64,000 nucleotides of DNA from Synechococcus sp. Lineage in GTDB: Bacteria > Cyanobacteriota > Cyanobacteriia > Thermostichales > PCC-7336. Below, one piece after another: positions 1 to 11,074 of the stretch (its first letter is position 1; every line of letters begins with the position of its first letter). Position numbers and translations under genes: made by a program. The stretch covers positions 38,052 to 102,051 of the forward strand of contig JBFRWD010000123.1 of assembly GCA_051439425.1 (NCBI GenBank), written 5' to 3'. Below the pieces are notes generated by a model that saw only the letters and a program-made list of their open reading frames with translations, was not told the DNA's origin and made no database searches.

Positions 1-655
1 CATGCAGGAGCGAGAAGGGAAAGAGAAGTTTAATGAGTTCGTCAATCGTATTGGTAAGAAAGCCATTCGCGATCGCGTTCAACCCTTCTTAGCCGTCCCC
101 AGCTACGCCGAAGACAAGTCCTTTTACACTGACTGGGCAGACAACCGGGAGTACACTCTCGGCGACATCGGTATTGGCGAATGTGCCGGTGAAGTAGTTA
201 CCCTAACGGACTTTGGAGTTGCCGCTGCAGAGAGCATCCACTTCGATGCCACAATTTTGCTGGAGGAAACTCCTGCCAACGGTAACGTCAAACAGGCAGC
301 CGATAAAGCATTTGAATCCATGTTGAGTGCGGCTCAAGCACTGCTAAAGATTCAGAATATCGATATTGCTGACGACGCCGACAGCATTGTGGCCGAGTTC
401 CGCAAGTATTTCTACGACACGGAATTGTTCTTCGATCCCTTCGCCAAGGGCAAATTCGCCAGCTACCTGTTTAAGGCTTACGATGGCCGCAACGAAGCAG
501 CGACGATCGATCGCGCCAAACAGCTAATTGAAGAAGCACGCCTGTTTATCGAAGCAGCTCACGCTTGCAACGCCCGCATGGTAGAAGACGGGATTACCAC
601 CCCGGCTGGTTTCCAGCGCTGGCTCAACGAGAAACAATTGCAAGCTAGCAGTTAG
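1..655 (+). CDS. Nitrite/sulfite reductase, C-terminal part with HEPN-like tail (5' end outside window)
   Basis: EKFNEFVNRIG...FYTDW...EY...GIGECAG motif of long-form NIR/SIR proteins; the frame is open from the window edge. Confidence 0.7.
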   Translation, partial: MQEREGKEKFNEFVNRIGKKAIRDRVQPFLAVPSYAEDKSFYTDWADNREYTLGDIGIGECAGEVVTLTDFGVAAAESIHFDATILLEETPANGNVKQAADKAFESMLSAAQALLKIQNIDIADDADSIVAEFRKYFYDTELFFDPFAKGKFASYLFKAYDGRNEAATIDRAKQLIEEARLFIEAAHACNARMVEDGITTPAGFQRWLNEKQLQASS

Positions 656-698
656 GTAACTCTCACTTTTTTTGCCGGGTCAGCCGACTCGGCACTTC

Positions 699-744
699 AT
701 TTCAAGACTCGATAGTTCAAGACCCAAAATTTCAAGACTCGACT
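699..744 (+). repeat. Short imperfect tandem repeat (TTCAAGAC core x3)
   Basis: atttcaagactcga-tagttcaagaccc-aaaatttcaagactcgact. Confidence 0.6.
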
Positions 745-755
745 GGAGTAAAACG

Positions 756-1340
756 GTGGATCTCGATCGCTTCTGCGTCAAATTGTTTGCAAATTCTGGC
801 GTCGATATTGACGAAGCCCATTACATCAACATCTTTCACGAGTGGATTCGTAAGAATCAGCTAGAAGGATTGCTGCTGGATGTGGTGGACTATCGCCACA
901 TTCCCAACGGACCTGGCATTATGTTGATTTCCCACGAAACCAACTATGCATTGGATCACGAGGGTGGCGAGTTTGGTGTCTACGCTCAGCGCAAGCTAGG
1001 TTTACCGGGCGAGAATGCCGACAAGAGCCACTCGGACAAGATTGTGGACTTGGTGAAGGCTACGGCTAAGTTCAGTTCTCTGCTGGAGTCCGACAACCGT
1101 CTGGATGGCGAACTGAGCATTGATGGCAGTGGGTTCCTCTACATGACCAACGATCGCCTACATGCCCCCAACACGGACGAGACGTTTGCAGCTCTCAAGT
1201 CTGACTTAGAGGCGGCGGCGGCGTCACTGTATCCCGGCAAAGCTGTAACAGTGACTCGGGTAGAGAATGACGCTCGCGATCGCCTGTCTGCAAAGGTATC
1301 GGTATCCGAGCCAGTGGCAGCTGCGGCGTTGGCGGCATAA
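756..1340 (+). CDS. Hypothetical protein downstream of the reductase
   Basis: In-frame GTG at 756 preceded by GGAG; LLDVVDYRHIPNGPGIMLISHE core; the ORF-track extension from 672 runs through the repeat. Confidence 0.75.
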   Translation: MDLDRFCVKLFANSGVDIDEAHYINIFHEWIRKNQLEGLLLDVVDYRHIPNGPGIMLISHETNYALDHEGGEFGVYAQRKLGLPGENADKSHSDKIVDLVKATAKFSSLLESDNRLDGELSIDGSGFLYMTNDRLHAPNTDETFAALKSDLEAAAASLYPGKAVTVTRVENDARDRLSAKVSVSEPVAAAALAA

Positions 1341-1441
1341 CCTTTCACGATTTGGCTTTTCACCATCCAATGACAACTGGGAGACAGTTCCTGACTGCGA
1401 TGGTGGAAAGCTATGGTAGTGTATGAATCGCACCACACCAC

Positions 1442-1523
1442 GCGGACGTGGCGGAATTGGTAGACGCGCTAGATTTAGGCTCTAGTGGAGCAATCTGTGA
1501 GAGTTCGAGTCTCTCCGTCCGCA
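1442..1523 (+). tRNA. trnL: tRNA-Leu (anticodon UAG)
   Basis: GCGGACG/CGTCCGC acceptor stem, CTAGA-TT-TAG-GC-TCTAG anticodon arm, long variable arm, GTTCGAGT T-loop. Confidence 0.97.
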
Positions 1524-2018
1524 TCTGGAAATTCCTGAAGATAGCAGTACGATCCATCTGGCAAGTTTGCTGGGTGGATTTTGTGCTGAATGGATACAGA
1601 ACAGGGAGCTGTTGATCGCCGGGTCTTCCTGTTAGAGCTGAACGAACGGTATCACGAGGCGATGAAAAAGCACGAAGAGTCATCATCATGTCTGGAATGC
1701 TTGCAGGCCCGGACGTATTGTCGAGAGATTCGATCGCATTGGCTTTGACGATTCCGCTCTGCCCATCCGCCAATATGATTGGGCAATCGTTCGCGAGTCC
1801 ACCGAGATCTTCGTGCGGGACGTTTGGGAGAGGGGGGGGGGGTGGACAACTGAACGCTACCGGAACGAACAACTACGACATTGAGTCAGCCCAGTGCGAA
1901 AACAAAAAAGCTAGAGTGTGAATACTCCGGAGATAGCCGATACCATCAGTCGATTGACGTGATATCGACTTGGGCGATCGCTTGCATTGCACTCATCTGC
2001 AAGTAATGGAGCTAACTC

Positions 2019-2554
2019 GTGGAAAGTCGCCTCAACATCGAATCAGATTCACTCTCTCGACGAACATTTCTCAACTTCCTAACCGGTACAGCACTTGCCA
2101 CAACCGCTGGAGCAATTCTCTACCCTATTGCCAAGACCCTATCTCCTCCGGCAGAACAAACAGGTAGAGGTGGAGCCGTTACAGCAAAAGATAAATTAGG
2201 ACACGAGATCCCGGCCTCGCAGATATTGAGCGAAGCCCCCGGTAGCCGCGCTCTAGTTGCAGGACTAGCCGCCGAGCCAACATATTTAGCAGTGCTGGAT
2301 GACGGAACACTGGACAAACGTGGACTGGTGGACAATTGCCCCACCTAGGCTGTACCTTTCACTGGAATCCGCAGGCCCAACAATTTCAATGCCCCTGTCA
2401 CGGCTCGCGCTACGCGCCAGACGGAAGAGTCGTTCGTGGGCCCGCTGGCTTGCTTCTAAAACTCGTTCGTGTATCGGTTGAGGGCGATCGCATCTGGATT
2501 GCTCCATGGACAACCATCGACCCCCGCACCGGACAACGCCCGTGGTGGGTTTAG
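2019..2554 (+). pseudogene. petC: Rieske 2Fe-2S protein (cytochrome b6f PetC paralog), split by a 1-nt frameshift at ~2340
   Basis: Tat signal SRRTFL plus TM helix in one frame; HLGC...CPCHGSRY...GPA in the other; the break falls in a C4 run inside Rieske box I. Confidence 0.85.
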
Positions 2555-2910
2555 AAGCAAATCGCTTTCGAACATTCAAGATTCTGTTAGCCATAACGGC
2601 TCTTACCAAAGTTGATGTGCGATCGTGGTCGAAGAGCAGATTACATGTAAAGACTGCAGGGTCACCCTCCACACAACAATGTCCGTTTCTGACAATTGCA
2701 GCCACTGCTGTTTTCAGAAAGTACGATTGCGAAAATGCGTCTCACCTATGCCTGTATTGCGGCTTAAATACTTCAACAAGATCGGTACTATCTAGGCAAC
2801 GGCTGAATTCGCTTGCCAGCCCTTGAAATTCTTGACTGACTTAGAAGTTTGGGTTTCGTCACGGTATCGAGCAAAGGAGCGAGCAGCATTGACATGTGTG
2901 AGGAGACACC

Positions 2911-3162
2911 ATGAGCGGCCCCCCGACACAAGAGCCCCCCCCCAACCAGCACTTCGCAACCCCCTACACCACCACACAGTTCGACAGTTCCGAAAACGCT
3001 GCCGCTTCTACCACAAACACCGAAATGCCCCTGACAACAGCTCCTCTGGCAATTCACCCTCGCATTCAGCAGGCAGGGGTCACGATTTCGCTCGTAGTTG
3101 CTGCCGTCGCCCTCTATAAACTGGAGCGCGCGCTCGAACGGTTACTCCAAACCGAGCAATAA
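2911..3162 (+). CDS. Small hypothetical membrane protein
   Basis: GAGGAG RBS, ATG, one C-terminal hydrophobic helix. Confidence 0.6.
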   Translation: MSGPPTQEPPPNQHFATPYTTTQFDSSENAAASTTNTEMPLTTAPLAIHPRIQQAGVTISLVVAAVALYKLERALERLLQTEQ

Positions 3163-3251
3163 AGAATCTGCCCGATATTTTAAAGCCCCTCAGTATTTCA
3201 GCATGAGTCTATCAACGCAGAGAAGGCTCCCACACCTCCTACACTGAGGGC

Positions 3252-4121
3252 ATGAACGCTGAAACTTTTACCATCCCGATTCCCCTCCCACACGCCCCTG
3301 GTACCCACCTGGAAGCGCGACTGATCGCCCCGATCCCCAAGCAAGGTCAGCAGATCGATGGGCCATCAGTGTTTGTCCTTCCTGGCAGCGGACTCAGCGA
3401 TGGTGACGGCAACGACGGAGATATCGGGTTTTCTCCACTGGCTCAACTGGCTGAAGCATTGGGACAAGCCGGATTTTCCAGCCTGCGGTTCGATCGCCGA
3501 GGCACCGGGGCCACAGGGGGAGAGTACGTCAGCCCCGCAGACGAGTTGCAAGACTTCACAACAGTGTTGGCTCATGCCTCCCAACTCCCGGAATTTCCCA
3601 AACCCTTGGTATTAGTGGGTTGGGGAGAAGCTGCCGCTTGGGCCGGTATATTGGCTCAGCAACAGCCGGACGCAATTGATGGCTTGATATTAATTTCTAC
3701 TCCTACTGGAGCGATGGGCGACTTGTTTCCCTTTCGCCAAACCACTGACGAAGCCATGGCCGCTACTCCTCCAGACGAGCATTCCGCCCTGCTAAAACGT
3801 CTGGTTGACGATTACGCCAGCCGCTCTCCGTTGTTCATGTTCAAACCCATCTTTCAAATCAAATGCCCCCTGCTCGTCCTGCACGGGGATATGGATTGGG
3901 TGTGCCCGGTGTTCTGCTCCAGACAACTGGCATCCGAACTGGAACGTCGTCAGCAAGGGCCATCCGACTGGACTTATCGCGAGCTACCGGGACTCGATCG
4001 CTGGCTAATTCGCACCGATCGGTGGCGATCGGTGGCCGAACAGCAGCAACCACTCTGGCAAATCGACATGGCAGCGGTGGATATCCTGGTAGACTGGTTA
4101 ACACAAAAATTTCGTGTTTAA
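3252..4121 (+). CDS. Alpha/beta hydrolase fold protein with altered catalytic motifs
   Basis: LPGSG, RFDRRGTG and PLLVLHGDMD motifs; nucleophile elbow reads GWGEA. Confidence 0.8.
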   Translation: MNAETFTIPIPLPHAPGTHLEARLIAPIPKQGQQIDGPSVFVLPGSGLSDGDGNDGDIGFSPLAQLAEALGQAGFSSLRFDRRGTGATGGEYVSPADELQDFTTVLAHASQLPEFPKPLVLVGWGEAAAWAGILAQQQPDAIDGLILISTPTGAMGDLFPFRQTTDEAMAATPPDEHSALLKRLVDDYASRSPLFMFKPIFQIKCPLLVLHGDMDWVCPVFCSRQLASELERRQQGPSDWTYRELPGLDRWLIRTDRWRSVAEQQQPLWQIDMAAVDILVDWLTQKFRV

Positions 4122-4266
4122 AAAGCCATGACTCGCGACTACTGCGAGTTTTTTAAGTGCTTGGGGCACTTCAATTGGGTCACCCCTGCAATCGCAGAAT
4201 CGGTTTTGCCCGACTTGAAATGTCTGACACTACAGCTTCAACTGTTTGGATCGGGAGATGGGAACG

Positions 4267-4998
4267 TTGCGCCAGATTGTGCTTGCCGGAAACTGGAAAA
4301 TGCACATGACTCAAGCGGAAACCCGCGCTTACATAGATAGCTTTACTCCCCATCTAAACAACCTCCATCCGGCTCGACAAGTGCTGCTATGCGTCCCCTT
4401 CACCGACCTTGCCGCCGCTCTTGAAGCCACGGCTAACTCCCCCATTAAAATTGGAGCCCAGAATATTCACTGGGAAGAGAAAGGAGCATTCACCGGAGAA
4501 ATTTCCGCAGCCATGCTCTCGGAAATGGGGGTGCAGTTTGCGATCGTGGGCCACAGTGAACGGCGCGAATATTTCGGCGAAACTGACGAAACAGTTAATA
4601 AGCGACTGCTAGCTGCTCAGGCTGCTGGAATCACCCCTATACTGTGTGTCGGCGAAAGTAAGGCCACCCGCGATGCCGGACAGACCGAGGAGTGGATTTT
4701 CCGCCAATTAGACCAAGACCTAGTCGGAGTCGATCAAAGCAACCTGATTATTGCCTACGAACCCATCTGGGCAATCGGTACTGGAGACACCTGCGATTCA
4801 GGAGAAGCCAACCGGATTATTGGCTTAATTCGGAGCAAATTGAGCAATCAAGATGTTCCCATCCAATACGGGGGGTCTGTAAAGCCCGCCAATGTGGATG
4901 AAATTATGTCCCAGCCTGAGATTGACGGTGCGTTAGTGGGTGGTGCCAGCTTAACCTCCGACGGTTTTGCTCGCATTGTGAACTATCAAGCAGCATAG
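4267..4998 (+). CDS. tpiA: Triosephosphate isomerase
   Basis: [35 protein letters not shown]. Confidence 0.97.
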   Translation: MRQIVLAGNWKMHMTQAETRAYIDSFTPHLNNLHPARQVLLCVPFTDLAAALEATANSPIKIGAQNIHWEEKGAFTGEISAAMLSEMGVQFAIVGHSERREYFGETDETVNKRLLAAQAAGITPILCVGESKATRDAGQTEEWIFRQLDQDLVGVDQSNLIIAYEPIWAIGTGDTCDSGEANRIIGLIRSKLSNQDVPIQYGGSVKPANVDEIMSQPEIDGALVGGASLTSDGFARIVNYQAA

Positions 4999-5379
4999 CT
5001 ATCACGAATCTCTTGTTGCGAAGTCCCCGACAGGCTGTTGGTGTTGGGGACGTTATAACAGTCTATTCGCTTGCAATATAGGTGAAGGTGGTGGAGTATC
5101 AAACGCCTGATTCGTCATACATTACCAATAACGCCAGCGGCTCTGAAGGAATCCCACTTAGCCCTGTTGTATGGCAGTAGGCATACAACAGCAGACATTT
5201 CAGCTATGTCCAGCCCTGACAGCAATTAAAAACTTTTGTCCTAACTGGAATGGCAGACACTATATTCTTCACTAGACGGACAAACCAGGATAGATCCGAC
5301 CATCGCAAGGCATCATGACCGCCATTCAAACACAAACGCAGTCTTATTTTCCTTCGATGCTTAACCAGTCTCACCGATC

Positions 5380-6540
5380 TTAAGCATTAGCCACCGGCTC
5401 GCCTTCCACCAAATAAGCAGTCTCACGATGCAGGGCCACGTCATCCGACAGTACCGCACCGCACTGAGCCTGCTGCCGCAAGAAATGGTCGCATAACACC
5501 AACGCCACCATAGACTCCACCATCGGAACCGCTCTGGGAAGAACGCATGGATCGTGCCGTCCCCGCGCTGCCAGCACAGCAGCTTGGCCGTCCTTCGTCA
5601 CGGTATTTTGTTCTTGGCGAATGGTTGCCGTCGGCTTAAACGCCACCCGAATCACGATATTTTCGCCGTTAGAGATTCCTCCCTGAATGCCTCCCGACCG
5701 GTTGGTGGCCGTCCGGATGCGATCGCCCTCCATATAAAACTCATCGTTGTGCTCTTTACCCGTCAGGTAAGTTCCTGCAAATCCAGAGCCAATCTCAAAG
5801 CCTTTGCTGGCTGGCAGCGACATGGCTCCCTTCGCCAGATCGGCCTCCAACTTGTCAAACACCGGAGCCCCCAATCCAGTGGGCACATTGCGGGCAACAC
5901 ACTCAACCACCCCGCCAATCGAATCCCCCTGTTTGCCGGTCTCCTGAATCAACTCGATCATCCGTTCTGCCAACTCCCCATCCGGGCAGCGGACAATATT
6001 GGATTCCACTTGCTCTAACGTGACTGCATTCGGGTCAATATCGGCCTCCAAATCTTTGATGCGCTTGACATAACCAACGACCTCAACGCCAGCAGCCAAT
6101 TTCAATATCTTTTTGGCGATCGCCCCAGCAGCAACACGGCCAATGGTTTCGCGAGCAGACGCACGCCCCCCCCCTTTCCAGTTCCGAATCCCATATTTGG
6201 CCTGATACGTGGCATCAGCATGGGAGGGGCGAAATGTGGTTTTCATTTCGGAGTAATCCTGCGACCGCGCGTCCTTATTGCGCACGATGATGTGGATGGG
6301 AGTGCCGATGGTCAATCCTTCAAACACGCCCGAGGTAATTTCGCAGGTGTCGGACTCTTTTCGAGGGGTAACAATCTTGCTTTGACCGGGACGACGGCGA
6401 TCGAGATCCACCTGAATTTCTTCAGCAGTAATTGGAATTCGAGGGGGACAGCCATCCACGATCACCCCAACAGCCCCTCCGTGGGACTCGCCGTAGGTCG
6501 TGATACTGAACAGTTGTCCAAAGGAATTGCCGTTTGCCAT
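5380..6540 (-). CDS. aroC: Chorismate synthase
   Basis: [28 protein letters not shown]. Confidence 0.98.
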   Translation of the reverse strand: MANGNSFGQLFSITTYGESHGGAVGVIVDGCPPRIPITAEEIQVDLDRRRPGQSKIVTPRKESDTCEITSGVFEGLTIGTPIHIIVRNKDARSQDYSEMKTTFRPSHADATYQAKYGIRNWKGGGRASARETIGRVAAGAIAKKILKLAAGVEVVGYVKRIKDLEADIDPNAVTLEQVESNIVRCPDGELAERMIELIQETGKQGDSIGGVVECVARNVPTGLGAPVFDKLEADLAKGAMSLPASKGFEIGSGFAGTYLTGKEHNDEFYMEGDRIRTATNRSGGIQGGISNGENIVIRVAFKPTATIRQEQNTVTKDGQAAVLAARGRHDPCVLPRAVPMVESMVALVLCDHFLRQQAQCGAVLSDDVALHRETAYLVEGEPVANA

Positions 6541-6641
6541 GCCATCTAGATGAGTGCGGGATCTCTAGAATAAATGCCCGCTGCGAATAACGGGGGATTT
6601 CATCACCAAAGCTGCCGCATAATCGCTTGTCCCACTCGTTT

Positions 6642-6772
6642 AACCGGAGTTGGATTCTTATCTCCAACCCTTTCTCACAATGGGAGCAGGGAACAAGAGG
6701 CTTCAACTCTAATAGTTTCATCTCGCTGTGAGGCAACCACCCCCAATCAAGCAGATCCGTCAAGCTGACGTT
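6642..6772 (+). repeat. Dispersed MITE-like repeat, family B, copy 1
   Basis: Colinear similarity to 37424-37557; ends AACCGGAGTT...CAAGCTGACGTT. Confidence 0.55.
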
Positions 6773-6856
6773 ATCCATACGTCCGAGTTGGAAAGCAGGA
6801 GCCCCACACCAACTCTAGTTATGAACCGTTCACTATCCAGGCTAATTCTGTCCTCG

Positions 6857-7186
6857 TTAATTGGGGCGATGCGTCTTCACCCATGACCAGAGGAAGTGCC
6901 CCGACCCTCGCTTGCGAATCGATGTGGCTAGTTTTTCCAGCTCCCGTCGCTCTGCTGCCGAAAGCCCCATGCACTCATATTTGCACTGCCACAGTAACGT
7001 CGTCAGTGTCACGGCTACGCACAGGCACAAACCAAACCCCGCCTTGGGTTGATACAGCAACGGATACTTAACCCCAGCCCAGGTAAAAAACTCCAAGAGC
7101 CTGCGGATATCCGCCCTCAGCAACCATAGCGATGGCAATCCGATCGCCACCCATATCAGCCCTACAATGCCCCAACGAACTCGCAC
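6857..7186 (-). CDS. Conserved cyanobacterial membrane hypothetical protein (true start probably further upstream)
   Basis: RW..GLIW...FFTWAGVKY and TLLWQ motifs; the frame stays open to 7351. Confidence 0.75.
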   Translation of the reverse strand: MRVRWGIVGLIWVAIGLPSLWLLRADIRRLLEFFTWAGVKYPLLYQPKAGFGLCLCVAVTLTTLLWQCKYECMGLSAAERRELEKLATSIRKRGSGHFLWSWVKTHRPN

Positions 7187-7494
7187 TTGCAGGGCGAATA
7201 ACCGTTCCGCTTCGGGGGAAAGAATACGAGTCTGAGACCACTGGTAGGAGCCTGCTGCGTTGGTGGCACTACCGTTATCCGTAGCGGCATGAGTTCCAGT
7301 ACTGGAGGAGCTAGCATCGGTGCGAGAATCGGTGTCGATAAGTCTATAGTCCTAACGAAGCAAACGGAAACTAAGGTTTGCGAGGAAAACGCGGCAAGCT
7401 CTCATAGACTGTGCCCAACCAATGATGCTTGGCAGTCATATCTGACGTAGCTGTCGTAGACTGCCCAATTCACGCAATTGCCCGCTCTAACTGT

Positions 7495-8556
7495 TTACAC
7501 AACACCATCTTCAGGCAATCGCTGCGACATTTTGCGAGATGTGTTGGCTGGATGCTTTTGACGCCACCAAGTCAGCAAGGTGCTGGCAATAAAGATGCTG
7601 GAATAGGTTCCCCAAGCAAAGCCAATCAGCAGGGCCAGTGAGAAATATCGCAGTGTCGGGCCACCAAACAGAAAGATAGCCAACAAAGCCAACATGGACG
7701 TCAGCGACGTATTGATAGACCGGGCAAACGTCTGGTTCACCGAAATATTCACGACATCCGAGAACGTCGTTTTACGGCTCAGGAGGCGACGGCTATTTTC
7801 GCGGATGCGATCGTAAATCACCACGGTGTCATTCACCGAGAAACCAATGATGGTCAGCATGGCAACCACAAATAGCTGATCCACCTCTATCCCAAACAAA
7901 AGGCCCAAGATAGCAAACACCCCAGCAGTAATCAGGATGTCGTGCAGCAGGGCCGCGATCGCGAAGATGGCGTAATCCACCTGGAAGCGAATACTGACAT
8001 AGACCACAATCGCGGCAAACGCGACCAGAATAGCTAACAATCCGCTTTTGAGGAGCGTTTCTCCAATAGCTGGCCCTACCGTTTCCACCAGATCTCGACG
8101 AAACGTACCGACATCTTCCGTTAGCGCTGACTCCAGACTTAGACGATCCTCCTCGCTCAATGGCGGAACCCGCAAGATAGCAGTACGCGATGTCTCGCGA
8201 TCGAGCTGAATCACGCTGTTGCTCAATTCCCGATCCGACAGCACATCCCGCAGTTGCATCTCGGTCACAGGCTGCTCGAACTCTACCTGCAGCAGGGTTC
8301 CCCCCGTAAAGTCCAGTCCTAACTTCAAGGGCGACCCGGTTTGGGAAAAGCACACCGCCATTGCCAGCAATCCCGCCAAAATGCATGCGGCAGAAATCGT
8401 AAACCAAGTTTTGGTGCGACCGACTACATCAATAAGGTGGCTGCTGGGGGTTGCACTGTTACCGGTCTTTTCGGGATCGGTTTTACCGACATCGAGCTTA
8501 GTATCGGGCATCTCTACATCTTGCGTCCGCTTATCGGCCATTGTGCCGTCTCCCAT
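7495..8556 (-). CDS. secF: Protein translocase subunit SecF
   Basis: LGLDFTGG, HDILIT, GFSVNDTVVIYDRIRE. Confidence 0.97.
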   Translation of the reverse strand: MGDGTMADKRTQDVEMPDTKLDVGKTDPEKTGNSATPSSHLIDVVGRTKTWFTISAACILAGLLAMAVCFSQTGSPLKLGLDFTGGTLLQVEFEQPVTEMQLRDVLSDRELSNSVIQLDRETSRTAILRVPPLSEEDRLSLESALTEDVGTFRRDLVETVGPAIGETLLKSGLLAILVAFAAIVVYVSIRFQVDYAIFAIAALLHDILITAGVFAILGLLFGIEVDQLFVVAMLTIIGFSVNDTVVIYDRIRENSRRLLSRKTTFSDVVNISVNQTFARSINTSLTSMLALLAIFLFGGPTLRYFSLALLIGFAWGTYSSIFIASTLLTWWRQKHPANTSRKMSQRLPEDGVV

Positions 8557-8628
8557 TGCTCAAACTGTTCTATCAAGTGATTCGTGCTGCCTGGCGATCG
8601 GGTCTGTCAGGCGATCGCCGGTCATATA

Positions 8629-9948
8629 TCAAGCAGGTGTTTGCTTCACACCAAAGAGTTCTGCCTTACGCCAACTACTGTTCGACATCAGCACAAGCAA
8701 GAAGGTGCGCGTACAAGTTAAGGCGGTGAAGAAACTCACTAAAATGCCGATCGCCAGCGTCAGCGCAAATCCTTTCACCAACCCGGTTCCCAAGCTGAAC
8801 AAAACGAGACAGGCCAGCAGGGTCGTCACGTTGCTGTCCAAAATACTGGCCAATGCTCGGCTAAACCCTTCCTCCACAGATTTGTAGACTGACTTACCGC
8901 TGCGCAACTCTTCACGAGTGCGCTCGAAAATTAGGACGTTGGCATCTACGGCAATCCCGATACTGAGGATAAATCCGGCGATACCGGGCAGCGTCAGCGT
9001 AACGCCAAACAGTTGAAAGATAGAAAATGTGACTAGAGCGTAAATCAGCAGGGCGATACTGGCCATAAAACCCGGCACCCGGTAATACACCAGCATGTAA
9101 CCAAACGTCAGCGTTAGCCCCCCCAATCCGGCAATCAAACTACGCTTGACACTGGCAGCACCCAGCGTTGCTCCCACCGTACGGTTCTCGATCACTTCTA
9201 CCGGTACCGGCAATGCCCCAGCCTCTAACTTGACGGCTAAATCTCTGGCTTCATCAACGGTGAATTGACCGGTAATGCTAGCAACCCCTCCGATAATGCC
9301 ATTGGGGTTCTGCTCCGCATTCACACCGGGGGCACTAATTAGATTTCCATCAAGGAAAATTCCGAGCCCTCGTCCGGTTCCTGCCAGTTCGCGGGTGATA
9401 TCTGCAAAGGTGGAAGCCCCTTCCCGGTCAAATCGAATCTCAACCCCCCAATTCCCGTTATTTGTTGATTGGGGTGAAAGAATCGTTGCACTTTGAAGCT
9501 GCGCACCAGTCAGTCGAGCTGGTTCGAAAATTTGTTCGATATCTTCTGGAGATAGAGGATACTCTCCGGTCTCGCGATCGGGACGCGGAATGCTTTGGCC
9601 AAATATCTGAGAGCGAAACTCTAGCTGAGCTGTGTCTTGCAGCACATCAATGGCACGATCGGGATCGTCAACGCCAGGAAGCTGAATAAACAGGCGATCG
9701 TCACCGCTAATTTGCAGCACGGTATCCGACACCCCAAATCCATTTACACGCTGCTCCAGAACGGCTTCCAGCCCCAGCATGACCTGTGGTGTAATGTCCG
9801 GTACCTGTTCGGTAGGCTGCGCTTGCAAGGTGAGTTGCGTTCCCCCTTGCAAATCCAATCCCAATTGCACCGGTTTTGTTACAACGAGATAGATTGCTGC
9901 TGCCACCACTAGTAGGATGCCGATAATTCGGCCCGCCAGTTTATTCAT
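8629..9948 (-). CDS. secD: Protein translocase subunit SecD
   Basis: LGLDLQGG, GALPVP, IGIAVDANVLIFER, DSNVTT. Confidence 0.97.
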   Translation of the reverse strand: MNKLAGRIIGILLVVAAAIYLVVTKPVQLGLDLQGGTQLTLQAQPTEQVPDITPQVMLGLEAVLEQRVNGFGVSDTVLQISGDDRLFIQLPGVDDPDRAIDVLQDTAQLEFRSQIFGQSIPRPDRETGEYPLSPEDIEQIFEPARLTGAQLQSATILSPQSTNNGNWGVEIRFDREGASTFADITRELAGTGRGLGIFLDGNLISAPGVNAEQNPNGIIGGVASITGQFTVDEARDLAVKLEAGALPVPVEVIENRTVGATLGAASVKRSLIAGLGGLTLTFGYMLVYYRVPGFMASIALLIYALVTFSIFQLFGVTLTLPGIAGFILSIGIAVDANVLIFERTREELRSGKSVYKSVEEGFSRALASILDSNVTTLLACLVLFSLGTGLVKGFALTLAIGILVSFFTALTCTRTFLLVLMSNSSWRKAELFGVKQTPA

Positions 9949-10168
9949 ACTTCCGGCCCGCTTGTCATACCCCGTAGGCACTCAAGCACGTTACGACATC
10001 AGCCATCATAGGCGATCGCCCGAACTCCCACCTATCCTGTTCCCCCAACTTCATGTTTGCTGGTGAGGTGGGCCAAAGCCTCGCGGTGATGACCAGATCG
10101 ATCTGGAGCAATCGCCAATTCCCCCTACTTCAGTGGAATAACCAACGTTCCCGAGAAGAGCATGCGAC

Positions 10169-10879
10169 CTATAGCACCAGCTCGGCGCGTCCCAAACAGG
10201 TCAAAGCTGTGGAGGTTACCTCAAATCGATAGGGCAGAATTTCAACCCCCTTGTCTGCTGCCTGACGCAACAGAGCGCCATACTCGGCATCTTTCGCATC
10301 GCCCGGAGAAAACTCCGTACAATCTTCGCGATGGATGAAATACAGCATGACCGCCCGGTGCCCCGCCTCCACCATTTCCATGAGTTCTTGCAGGTGTTTT
10401 TGCCCGCGAGTGGTGACGGTATCGGGAAATAATGCTCTGGGGCCATCGCACCAGGTAGTGTTCTTCACTTCCACATAGGTCAAACTACTGTCTGGAAAGG
10501 TTAGTAGAAAATCAATCTTGCTCTTTTGGCTACCGTACGGTGCCTCTCGTCGCATGGTGTGAAATCCCTTTAGTTCGGGAAACCAATCATGCTCGAGTCC
10601 GTGCCGCACAATGCGGTTGGGAGCCGCCGTGTTAACCCCCACCCAAACATCGTCCACCCAAATCGCTTCCCAAGTGTATTTGAGCTTGCGCTTCGGATCG
10701 TCGTGATAGCTGACCAATACGGGTGCCCCCAGTTCGCACACTCCGGTCATGGGCCCAGTATTGGGACAATGAGCGGTAATTGTCTCTCCCGAATCCAGCT
10801 CAATATCGGAGAGAAAACGCTTGTAGCGCTTGCGCAAGATACCGGTTTGGGTATCGGGTAGCAAATAAGGATGGTTCAC
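10169..10879 (-). CDS. sfsA: DNA/RNA nuclease SfsA
   Basis: RYKRFL, HCPNTGPM, YVEVKN, FPDTVTTRGQKHL. Confidence 0.95.
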   Translation of the reverse strand: MNHPYLLPDTQTGILRKRYKRFLSDIELDSGETITAHCPNTGPMTGVCELGAPVLVSYHDDPKRKLKYTWEAIWVDDVWVGVNTAAPNRIVRHGLEHDWFPELKGFHTMRREAPYGSQKSKIDFLLTFPDSSLTYVEVKNTTWCDGPRALFPDTVTTRGQKHLQELMEMVEAGHRAVMLYFIHREDCTEFSPGDAKDAEYGALLRQAADKGVEILPYRFEVTSTALTCLGRAELVL

Positions 10880-11074
10880 TCAGGTTCAGTTTTCAAGAGG
10901 GCTCTGGACTACTCTACGCTCTATATCCCTGCCAACCTAGTCGGTCAGAATATTGGGGCAATATGGTTCGTTCTCTCCTCATAGCAAGCCTGACAAGGCA
11001 CCAGACACTATAGGAGAATGCACTCCCTCCATTCGATAATGTTGGGTGAGTTCCCCGCATTGTCTGGCCGTGCC

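Noticed and set aside
1524..2018. Genomic island integrated at tRNA-Leu (and likewise at tRNA-Met)
   Set aside because: No integrase is present and no duplicated tRNA 3' end was found
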